From positions 558,001 to 622,000 of the forward strand of contig JAANOX010000258.1 in NCBI GenBank assembly GCA_020184695.1: DNA of 64,000 nucleotides, written 5' to 3'. Origin of the DNA: Histomonas meleagridis 2922-C6/04-290x (lineage: Eukaryota; Protista; Parabasalia). A model generated the notes under the pieces. It was not told the DNA's origin. It ran no database searches and saw only the letters and a program-made list of their open reading frames with translations. The stretch's first letter is position 1. Each line of letters opens with the position of its first letter. Position numbers and translations under genes: made by a program. Below, one piece after another: positions 1 to 9,853 of this stretch.

Positions 1-245
1 TAAAATATTTTACGTATAATAAGCTTATGATCAAATTATATAATAATGAAATAACAAATAAAACTAATAATTTTATGATATGTATCTTTTTTCGAAGCTA
101 TAATCTAAAAATACATTCAAACAATTAATTATTTACATTAATACATGAAAATTTAACTTTTTATAAATTTATATAAATAAGAATTGAAGGACATTAACAT
201 CAATATATATATATACATTCTTAAAACTATTATCATAATAATTTA

Positions 246-1780
246 TCTTTTCTTTAACTCATTCATAAGAAATTCGTCAACACGATTTTTGACGGTTTCA
301 TTTTCACAGTAATTTTTATTTTTGATCTGTTCTAATTAAATTTTCCAATTCATCATTTCTCATTGATAAAAATCTTGATATTATATTATATAAGAAATGG
401 CTTGGATTACTTTCTATATTTTTATCTATAATTTTTTTGATGTGTGAAACTTCTTTATCAATATATTTCATAGCTTCATCTTTTATATATATATATATTT
501 TGGATATTTAAATTTGCATCAAGATAATTCTTAATTTCGCTTTTAAGAGATTTGCCTCTGAAATATTTAAAATTAATTCTGTTTTCACATTTTTTCTAAT
601 TTGAAGATATCATCTGCTAATTTGGATTATTTGTAACTTTTAGTTTTTGTTGTTCAACTTCTTTTTCAGTGAAGACGTCAATAATTTTTAACAAAATTAT
701 CCTTTGTGAATTAGTATCTTCTTTTGATGCAGTTGTCAATGTCAATCGAATGAAATCCTTTAGCGCAGTGATTTCTTGATATTTTGCAATGTTTCGAAGT
801 TTTAAACTTTCATTATTTTCTTCGATTTCACTGGTTATAAAAACGAAGTATTGTTTTTGCTTTATTTGAAACAATTTGATAAATTTCATTAAAACTTTGA
901 ACATTATCATTGTTGTAAATATCTTTTTCTATCTCCTGAATATCATTTTTAATTTTGTCTTGATATAATATTTTCAATTGCAATGCTTTTTACTTTATAT
1001 AATGTAATTCTGATATTATCATAATATTCATTTATAACTTCGGAGGAAATTTCATTTTCAAATTGATTCTATATATTATTAAAATTTAAAAAAAAAGTTT
1101 GCACTAACTATATTAGAAGAATTAAAATTTCTTGAAATTAAAAACATTCGGTTCGCACTGGATTTAGTGAAGATTATTAAGATTCCGAAGGAAAATATCA
1201 GTCATTTAATAAAATTTCTTATTAAATTAAAAATTATTTCTTTCTAAAAGATGGCACTTCAAGGAAACTTGAAGAGTAGTATCTATTAATACTATATATT
1301 ATTAGACTTGGTACAATTGTCACTTTTCTTGTTTAAACATAACTATGATTAGTGTCTTGTTCTTGTATTCGCTGCCGAAGGTTTGATATACACTTTTCTA
1401 TGATAGATTTACTTACTTCTTCTATAGTGTATTCATATAATTGTGATATTGATTTATTCATAATATTAGTTTCGAGATCTCTTATTTCTGATTTAATGAT
1501 TCCTTCAACTTAGATTTTGAATTATTTCTGATGTTTTTGATGTTTTTCTCTTCAATTATTCGAGCAGAATTTTATATATTTTCTGATAATTTTTGAAATT
1601 GTTTTGTTTTAAAATTATTGATTTGGGGTTTTATATCCTAATAAATTGAACTACTTGAATTAACATCGTCGACAATTCTGGAACATAATCTACCGAATTT
1701 ATTATATTTATTTGAATTAAGGATCTCATAATGCATCATTTGATATGTGTCATGCCAATCTGTAAAATCCAAACGCACTA
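246..1780 (-). pseudogene. Decayed coding relic of unknown family (includes the 617..910 ORF)
   Basis: Minus-strand translation gives protein-like runs (e.g. EGIIKSEIRDLETNIMNKSISQLYEYTIEEVSK; NYCENETVKNRVDEFLMNELKKR) broken by many stops and frameshifts; boundaries approximate. Confidence 0.35.
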
Positions 1781-1921
1781 ATCTAATGAAGAACAAATAG
1801 CATAAGAAAAACATTCATAAAAGCAAAAAATCAGATTTTATATATTGGTGAAGAAGAATTAAACTGTTAAATGTGAAGTGGTTAGAACGACAAAGAAACA
1901 ATGTGTATAAAAAAACACCTT

Positions 1922-1929
1922 AACCGCTT
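1922..1929 (+). promoter_or_regulatory. M3-like (Myb-type) core promoter motif AACCGCTT
   Basis: Fits the T. vaginalis M3 consensus DRCSGYTD, about 50 nt upstream of the ATG at 1977. Confidence 0.35.
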
Positions 1930-1976
1930 TCTATTCTGAAATATTCAAAGACTATTGAATCAGACATATTGGGTTA

Positions 1977-2753
1977 ATGTTGCAACAAGAATACATTAAC
2001 GGCAATGACGTCAAATCCAAAGGATTTTTCACAAAAGATAGAATCCTTTATTTTTTGGATTGGCCAAATCTTCTTTGTGCAGCCATTCTTTGCATTACAT
2101 GGGTTGCATCGAAATACACCCCTCTTCAAAAGTTATATGTCCCACCAGAAGATGACCTTTCCAACTACCCACGTGCAAAAAAGGATCAAGTCAATTTTGA
2201 ACTTATGGTTACAATCATCATTATTGGATCTTTTGTTTTTTATTGGGCCATCTATTTTATTTCACTCAAAGCACCTAAAATTATGAGAAAGTTCAACCCC
2301 ATGACAGCTTTTTATATTGGTCTTGCTATTTTTGCATTCAATAATACGACCACAAATCTCTTCAAATCTTATGTAGGACGTGCTCGCCCAGATATGTATG
2401 CTTACTGTGGATATAATTCTACTACAACCTGCGATATTGATGAAGAGTTCAAATCATTCCCAAGTGGTCACTCATCAGGTGCAATGTCCGGCTTATTATA
2501 CCCATGCCTCTTCTTGCAGAAGCTTGTCAAGACCAGGTATATGCTCTGGACAATTGTTTGCTTCATTTTCCCTGCTCTTGCAATTTACGTTGGTTGCACA
2601 AGAATCAGAGATTTCAGGCATCACTTTGATGACGTACTTGCTGGTTTGTGTTTAGGAGCATTCTGCACAGTTATTGTTTGGTGGAGAGTTCGTAAGACAA
2701 TCTTCCCAAAGGATAAGGGTGACAAAACTTCTCAATCATTATTGCTTGCATAA
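1977..2753 (+). CDS. PAP2-family lipid phosphate phosphatase
   Basis: All three PAP2 motifs: KSYVGRARP, PSGH, TRIRDFRHHFDD; multiple TM helices. Confidence 0.92.
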   Translation: MLQQEYINGNDVKSKGFFTKDRILYFLDWPNLLCAAILCITWVASKYTPLQKLYVPPEDDLSNYPRAKKDQVNFELMVTIIIIGSFVFYWAIYFISLKAPKIMRKFNPMTAFYIGLAIFAFNNTTTNLFKSYVGRARPDMYAYCGYNSTTTCDIDEEFKSFPSGHSSGAMSGLLYPCLFLQKLVKTRYMLWTIVCFIFPALAIYVGCTRIRDFRHHFDDVLAGLCLGAFCTVIVWWRVRKTIFPKDKGDKTSQSLLLA

Positions 2754-2850
2754 GCAATACAAAACTTAATAAAGAAAACTATATCTAGTTTCAAATTTCA
2801 CTTTAATTATCTTGTTTATTAAAATGTTTTAATATTTCTTCAATTTGTTC

Positions 2851-3089
2851 AACACTCCTTTGATTTTTGCTGCAGAAAAAGGCGCTTCAGAAATCGTGTT
2901 ATTGCTTCTTGAAAGAAACGACATTGATGTTAAAGTTACAAACATTTCTTTGAGTTTTATAAAGTTTATCAAAATTTTTTGGTGTTTAAAAACGAGATTT
3001 GGGATTTATATGTTTTACTTTATACAGCATTGGCGAAAGCAGCTCATAATGATCACCAAGATATCGTTGAATTACTTCAAGATAAGTAA
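2851..3089 (+). other. Orphan two-repeat ankyrin module split by a 68-nt non-GT-AG intervening sequence (2953..3020)
   Basis: 2851..2952 = NTPLIFAAEKGASEIVLLLLERNDIDVKVTNISL (34 aa); 3021..3089 in another frame = YTALAKAAHNDHQDIVELLQDK*; no productive in-frame ATG. Confidence 0.75.
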
Positions 3090-3348
3090 AAAAAGTTCTC
3101 TCATTTTTTTACTAAAACTGATCTAATAAAAAATAATTTTTTATTTTGATTTTTTCACTCAAAAGAAATATTTTTATTTTTGCAATCATAACTCATTCTC
3201 TTTCTATAGATATCCATCTTGATTAATCAATAACCAATTTCATGGCAACATAATTCGTTAATTTTTTATTTTGATTACGAAACAATTTAATATTTTGTGT
3301 TACATCACTAAAGAGAAAAAAGTTTTAAACATTTTTCGGTTTATGAAT

Positions 3349-4221
3349 TTATTCATCTTCTTCAGCTTTTCTCCATGTCTCCGGCAAAGTGTTACAAATT
3401 TCATCGATTATATCGCTTGTGATTGTCGAGCGATGCTTTTTACTAAATGCCAAAACAGCGGCCTTGCGAACAGCTTCAGATGCAGCAGCGGCAGCTTCGA
3501 AGTAGTTATCAGGCGCCCAAGCAGCAAATAAACCAAGCGCTCCAGCAGTGATGTCGCCTTGGCCGCCAACGCGTCTTTTGGATGATGGAAAATTGAATTC
3601 TTTGGTGATTTGGCCATTACTGACAACATCGATTTTACCCTTGGCAAACACCGTAACACCTCCGAGAGCATTCGCAATGTCCGCGCAACTGCATCCTTTG
3701 GGTAATTTAAGTGAATTTTGAAGACGAATAAATTCTCCGCCATTTGGCGTGAGAATAAAGCGCTTGCATGAATTAACAATTTGTGGCTTTTCGGAAACTA
3801 AAAAAATAGCATCACCATCAAGAATTACTGGTTTATCTGTGGATTTAAGATTTTCAATTATCTTTTCGGTAAAGTCTAACGTAGCACGATTTCTTCCAAG
3901 GCCAGGGCCAATAACAAATGATTGCATTGATGGAGCCCAATCCATAACTTTTTTCACAGCAATATCAATATTTTGGAATTCATCATTATCTGGTAAATAA
4001 GGATGAACAATTTGTTCTGGTGCATATGATTTTATTGGGGTTGCTGCAGATTTTGCGCAAAAAATATGAGATAAATCACCACCGAAACGAAGAACAGCAG
4101 CACCTGCAAAATAAGGAGCGCCAGTATATTCGAAACATCCACCAATGATTGCTATTTTTCCTGCCTGTCCCTTATAACGTGAAGAACTCAGAGGTGGAAG
4201 AAATCTTGTGAACGCTTCCAT
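3349..4221 (-). CDS. NAXD: ADP/ATP-dependent NAD(P)H-hydrate dehydratase (YjeF C-terminal family)
   Basis: KGQAGKIAIIGG..YTGAPYFAG, IGPGLGR, ILDGDA, ILTPN..EF, GGQGD motifs. Confidence 0.92.
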   Translation of the reverse strand: MEAFTRFLPPLSSSRYKGQAGKIAIIGGCFEYTGAPYFAGAAVLRFGGDLSHIFCAKSAATPIKSYAPEQIVHPYLPDNDEFQNIDIAVKKVMDWAPSMQSFVIGPGLGRNRATLDFTEKIIENLKSTDKPVILDGDAIFLVSEKPQIVNSCKRFILTPNGGEFIRLQNSLKLPKGCSCADIANALGGVTVFAKGKIDVVSNGQITKEFNFPSSKRRVGGQGDITAGALGLFAAWAPDNYFEAAAAASEAVRKAAVLAFSKKHRSTITSDIIDEICNTLPETWRKAEEDE

Positions 4222-4329
4222 TTTAAAATAAACTATTGAATCCGTATCATCATGTCAATTTCCAATAAACAACACAAAAAGTTTCTATTTTTTTTACATT
4301 TTTTATTTCATAAATAAACAAATATTTGA

Positions 4330-5667
4330 TTATATTTGTTCTTTCTGTAGTAACACTACATGACTTTCATTTATATCATCTATGAAAAACAGTGAATTAT
4401 ATATTTGGACTTTTTTAACGAAATTATTTTTCCTTAACCAATTATTTAATATATTTTCGAATGATGAATATGTAACAATTTGTTCATATTCCGAAACATT
4501 AATTTTATTAACAAATTCCAAAGGATTTTGTATGAAATCTTTTGATTCCGAATATCCTTCATAAGGACATTTAAAGAAATCCATTTTTATATTATGATGT
4601 GCATGAGAATAAAATGGCGTTGAATGACAAGGCATCAAAAACAAAGTTGATTTCATATTATCATATACGTAATGCATTATGTTTGTTTTACCAATTTGAT
4701 GAAATTGTGACAGAAATATAAAAACAATAAATTGAAGAATTATGTTGAATATCATCATACGCTTTGATACATATTTAGATATCAAAATGATTAAAAATGG
4801 AAAGATTTGCATTAAAAATCGAATTTCTTTATGACTCGACAAAGAAAAAACTAAAAGACTTACAACACAAAATATAAATTTTCGTGATTTAAACTCTTTA
4901 ATTTTTGGTAAATATATTAATAATGGTCCTAATATGGATGGAATTACAGAATATATATAAAATAGAAATGGTTGAGTTCCATATTTTTTAGCAACCTCTT
5001 TAACAAAGTTAAAATAATGAAATCTGAAAGGAGTAAATAAATATGGCTCAGATCCAATAAGGCGATACCAGAAAATATCATATAAATTAAAAAAGATAAC
5101 AGATATAATACCTATAAAGATATTACGTAATGTAAAATTCTTTTTAAAGTTGAAAAAAATTAAACTCGCAAAAATTGTTGTGGGTCGTACCCAAAATGAA
5201 AAAACAACAAGAAAAACAGGGGCTTCATAATAATAGAGAAGTAAAGTAAGAAATGTTTCAAATGAATTAAAAAGCGTTCGAGTTCCAAAATATGGTGTGG
5301 ACCATAATGTTGCATATAAAATCATTGATTTAAATGAAGAAAATTTCCAAATAACAAGCTCCGAAAGTGTTAAAATAAATGACATAAAAATCCTTGGAAG
5401 ATATACTAAGGTGTAATAATTATCAATATGAAAAATTTGTAAAAATTTGTAAATTATTATAAAGAATGTTGGAAATATGAATGACCTAATACCGTCGCGC
5501 CATTCCCATGTTAAATGTCCAACGCCAAAAACAATTTTGTGTGCAACTTCAAGAGATTGCCAATATTCATCTGGTACAAAAAATGACTGACATATAATGG
5601 AAAGTAAAGAATTAATAAAAAATAGTATAAAAAAAGCTTTAATGCTTGGAGAAGAAGGAAAAGTCAT
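4330..5667 (-). CDS. PIGB: GPI mannosyltransferase 3 (GT22 family)
   Basis: PDEYWQSLEVAH..FG.GHLTWEW..GIRS, HKEIRFL, LMPCHSTPFYSH; polytopic membrane protein; first ATG at 5667 (track start 5679 is TTG). Confidence 0.9.
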   Translation of the reverse strand: MTFPSSPSIKAFFILFFINSLLSIICQSFFVPDEYWQSLEVAHKIVFGVGHLTWEWRDGIRSFIFPTFFIIIYKFLQIFHIDNYYTLVYLPRIFMSFILTLSELVIWKFSSFKSMILYATLWSTPYFGTRTLFNSFETFLTLLLYYYEAPVFLVVFSFWVRPTTIFASLIFFNFKKNFTLRNIFIGIISVIFFNLYDIFWYRLIGSEPYLFTPFRFHYFNFVKEVAKKYGTQPFLFYIYSVIPSILGPLLIYLPKIKEFKSRKFIFCVVSLLVFSLSSHKEIRFLMQIFPFLIILISKYVSKRMMIFNIILQFIVFIFLSQFHQIGKTNIMHYVYDNMKSTLFLMPCHSTPFYSHAHHNIKMDFFKCPYEGYSESKDFIQNPLEFVNKINVSEYEQIVTYSSFENILNNWLRKNNFVKKVQIYNSLFFIDDINESHVVLLQKEQI

Positions 5668-6017
5668 AATTTTTGGCAACCTTTAGACGTTAACGTTCGA
5701 AAACCAAAAACCTGTCTTCTGTCTAAAAATATTGCCAGGAGATATTTTTTTGGTTGATTTATGACTTAAATCAGAGACACTTCCATGTGTTTTTGTTCTA
5801 GTTTAAATTTTTTGGTTTAGAATGCAATTGTTAGATTTTCCAAAAAAAATTGAAAAACATCACTATTTACACTTAGTAATAGAAATTCATTTGTTTTAAC
5901 ATTCAGCATTTCGATTTTTATGGTTTTTAGTAATGTTTTGAGCAAGATATATCTGTTATTTCATCCTGTCCATATTTTATGGGCATCTTTCAATATTTTA
6001 TGTGAATTTGAATGGGG

Positions 6018-6033
6018 TTTCCGGTACCGGAAA
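6018..6033. promoter_or_regulatory. Perfect 16-bp palindrome TTTCCGGTACCGGAAA in a divergent intergenic region
   Basis: Read directly from the sequence; function unknown. Confidence 0.3.
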
Positions 6034-6448
6034 AGCAAAAAAACAAAAAAATAATATTTTTGCAATAATTTTTGACTATTTTTTCTAATTTTGCTTGTCA
6101 TTAAAACACCCAATTATTTGTAACTAATAAATGATTATAAAAAATCTACAAATAAATAGACGAGCCTATTTTTCCAGTGTTTTTTGATGTTTTCGTTGAA
6201 ACATGGCTCAGAAAAATTCGAAAGCAGAAATCTCTCTCTTTTGTTACATAAAATAAACCTAAAATATCTTATTATTTCTAAGGATACAAAGAAACAATAA
6301 AATGTCAAAATATCTCCCAAATTACTTAAAATATAAAAAAGATAAAAACATATGTTATTTCAATTATTAAAAAAGATATTTTGGTTTTTATAAAAAACAT
6401 TTTTTTTGTCACGGACGATATCTTTTCTATGTCGTTAAAAATAAACCT

Positions 6449-8061
6449 ATGAATTGCCTTTTGAATCTAATGGAGGAAACACAGCCATGTGTTGGACCCT
6501 ATCGAATCTTACATTCTATAGGGTCCGGTTCAGCCGGGAAAGTAAAACTAGCAGTTCACAAGGAATCAGGTCAACAATTCGCTGTAAAAATAATTAAGAA
6601 AAGTGCATTTCATAATCATCCAGATACTTTTAAAAAAATTCAAAGAGAAATTGTACTTATGCGTCTTGTTGATCATCCACATATACTTAAATTAGTTGAC
6701 TTTTTAGAGTCATCTAAGCACTTATACATTGTCCTTGAATATAGTTCAAAAGGCGAATTGTTCGATTACCTTGTAGAACATACATGCTTACCGGAGGGAC
6801 TTGCAATGAAGTTCTTCCGACAAATAATATACGGTGTTGAATATCTCCATTCTCTTGGCATTTGCCATCGTGACTTAAAACCAGAAAATATTCTTCTTGA
6901 CGAGAACCTAAATGTCAAAATCGCAGATTTTGGCTTTGCAAGATTTACCAAAACAAATATTGCAGAAACATCATGCGGTTCACCACACTATGCAGCACCT
7001 GAAATCATAAAAGGTCATCCTTATGATGGAAGGAAAGCCGACATATGGAGTTGTGGTGTTATTTTATACGCTCTTTTAGCAGTATGTTTTTTTTAGATCT
7101 TCAAAACAGTAACAAAAAATTATAAAATTTTTTGTTGTTTTGAAGATCTTTTAATTTTACATCTAACACATAGGGTTTTTTACCATTTGATGATACATCA
7201 ATACGAACATTATTATCAAAAGTCAAACAAGGGAAATATACTCTCCAATCAACATTTAGTGATGGAGCCAAGGAGTTAATCAAAGGCTTATTGACAGTTG
7301 ATCCAGCTAAACGCATTACAATTTCCGAAATCAAAAAGTTACCAATTTTCAGAATTAATCTTCCCGAAGATTATATAGTTCCCACACCCATTCCAATTCC
7401 ACACATTTCTCAACCCGTTGACATGGCCAATGTTCCATATGACATAATTGACATTCTCAAAAAGATTGGCTATGACGATGAAAAAGAGCTTCGAGCCGAC
7501 CTTACATCCAATGAGCATACCATGGCCAAAGCATTTTATCACATGTTAATGAGTCGTTCATTATTAGATCAATCCATTGATTGGTCCTTATCTGTTGATT
7601 CTGGGAGCAATGCCTCAGACTCCTTTCTTGAACAAGAGCTTTTTCTTGGTCCTCAGTACGGGTATAGCGGTACTAGCAATGGTGATTCTTCTTCTCAATT
7701 TGACGCAGCATCATATTTGAACTCTGTGGTGAATCGCCCCGACTGGGACATTCCGGAGACGCAGTCGATTGAGGCCATACAAACAAACGAAATTGACTGT
7801 AACGGTCTCCAGATCACCGATGCTATGCTCTTGATGCAAAAGATGATGAAACAACTCGGAATGCAATGGTTTCATCCTGATGAGTATACAATCTTGTGTC
7901 GTAATGAGACTATGGGTATAACTCTTTTGATACAATGTGATCCCGAATTAGCAGGTGAGGAAACAAAATTAAAGTTCCAGATTTTGGAGGGATCAACGGA
8001 TTCATTTAATTTGATTTGTAGAACAGCAACAGAATTATTGGAAGGAGGAAACTTGGATTGA
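6449..8061 (+). CDS. CAMK-group (AMPK/BRSK-like) Ser/Thr kinase; exons 6449..7081 and 7174..8061
   Basis: GSGSAGKV, AVK, HRDLKPEN, DFG, GSPHYAAPE; removing intron 7082..7173 joins ...ILYALLA|GFLPFDD... in frame with the 7291..8061 ORF; start could be the ATG at 6470. Confidence 0.92.
7082..7173 (+). other. Spliceosomal intron, 92 nt, phase 0
   Basis: 5' GTATGT; 3' TCTAACACATAG resembles the parabasalid fused branch-point/acceptor ACTAACACACAG; restores the kinase frame. Confidence 0.9.
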
Positions 8062-8700
8062 AATTACAAACATGTAATTAAAGAAATATTTTTTGGATTA
8101 TGGTTTTTCTTTTAAGTAGGTAAATAAGGTAATATTTTCTTTACCACAAAAATCAATAATTATTGGATCAAAAAAAAAATCGATTTTTTTTGCATTTCAT
8201 ATAATACCAGTTTGCAGTATCTGATCTGCTCTATTATTTATCAAAATTTAATGTTTTTTTTTTTCGTTCCAAATAGAAAAAAAATTTTATTGCTTAAATC
8301 AGTTTATTATTTTTTGAATGAATTTCAATGTAAAATATACAAATTTCGGGCCGTTTGAATAAGCTTGCACATTTTAAAAAAAAGATGCATCTCGTCTTCA
8401 TTGCGATGAGTAATAATGGTTTTTAGTTTTATCAAAAAAAATCAATTTTTACCATTTTTTCTAGTTATTGTCGCAAAAACATTAAATGCCATTTACATAT
8501 TGACTCCAATAAATGCCATTTTTAAAAGATTTCTTGCGATCTGACAAAACTCCAGTAACCACCGTAATTTCAATGCTTTTCTTTGACATTCAATTAGAGC
8601 ATATTTTCTATCGATCGAACCTTTTCAATAAAATAACCACCGTTTAGAACACAAAATAAAGGATGTTTAAGTCAAATTTTCTGAAGAAAAACATTTTCAA

Positions 8701-9465
8701 ATGTGCTTCAACAAGGAAATGACCCTTGGTTTTACAATCGCCTCAATCCTAATTGGCATATGGGTGATGTCAGGGAAATCAATATGGAGAATAGAGAAAT
8801 GGAGAAGGATTAGAATTGCTTCATGCTTCTGGTACTTCGCCGGAATGGAATTTCTACAATTTGTTCAATATTTGGTTTTAGATGACTGCTCAAACCTTGT
8901 TAATATTATTTTCACAGCTCTTGGCTGGATCCATATTGCTTACCAACCATTATTCTCAAATCTTGCTTTATCAGCACTTGATGGCAGAAACACAAAGAAG
9001 GAACGACAAGAAACATGGGGTTATATTCTTAAGTTTTGCTTTGTTGCTGGTACATTGATGTCATTAAGATTAATCATCCCAGCCATTTACAACAAGCAAA
9101 CTCAATTCACTATTCCTTGCACTAAGTCCATTGAAGGTATGTGTGCTCCAAGAACATGCTCATATTCCGGATTATATCATATTAATTGGACATTCAAAAT
9201 GCTCAAGCCATCATACCCATTCCCAAGCATTGCAGTTCATTTCTTGAACATGTTTGTTGCCCCAATTCTTATGGGACAATGGGTTGGTTCAGTTATCTTA
9301 TTCTGCACTGGACCTCTTATTGCTCTCTTCTTCAACCCAATCGAAGACGGAGAAAGGTCATCCATCTGGTGCTATGTTTCAATCATGGAATGCTTTATCA
9401 CAGTTACTGCACAATACTTCATCTGCAGAATGCAAAAGAAGCAAGAAAAGGTAAAGAAAGAGTAA
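8701..9465 (+). CDS. Multi-pass membrane protein, possibly DUF5765-like
   Basis: MCF N-terminus, MEFLQFVQY, HIAYQP, Cys-rich loop, about 6-7 hydrophobic segments; family call from memory. Confidence 0.7.
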   Translation: MCFNKEMTLGFTIASILIGIWVMSGKSIWRIEKWRRIRIASCFWYFAGMEFLQFVQYLVLDDCSNLVNIIFTALGWIHIAYQPLFSNLALSALDGRNTKKERQETWGYILKFCFVAGTLMSLRLIIPAIYNKQTQFTIPCTKSIEGMCAPRTCSYSGLYHINWTFKMLKPSYPFPSIAVHFLNMFVAPILMGQWVGSVILFCTGPLIALFFNPIEDGERSSIWCYVSIMECFITVTAQYFICRMQKKQEKVKKE

Positions 9466-9853
9466 AATAAATATACCTTTCGTATTCATATTTTTTTCTA
9501 TTTTTTAGCTAAAAGCTTTTATCATAATTTGCCAGAAATTAATCCGAAATTTTGGCATTTTTAATGCCGTTTAAAACCGCAATTCAAAACCGCTCTAACA
9601 CATTCAAATCACAAACCACGTCATATGACTATCTCCGGTGATTTTTCTTACTTTTTGATAGCGGTTTATGTCAAAAACTTCGTGTTGTAAAATCCAATAA
9701 TTAACCGTTCGGTTATTTCTGAACGTTTAGGAGATGATTTTCTGATCATTTTTTATGAAACCGTTATATCAAAATCGGTTTGAGAAAGAGTACATACAAA
9801 TCATTTGAAAGAATTTGGCCGATAATTCTACCGAAAATTGACTGTTGGAAAAG

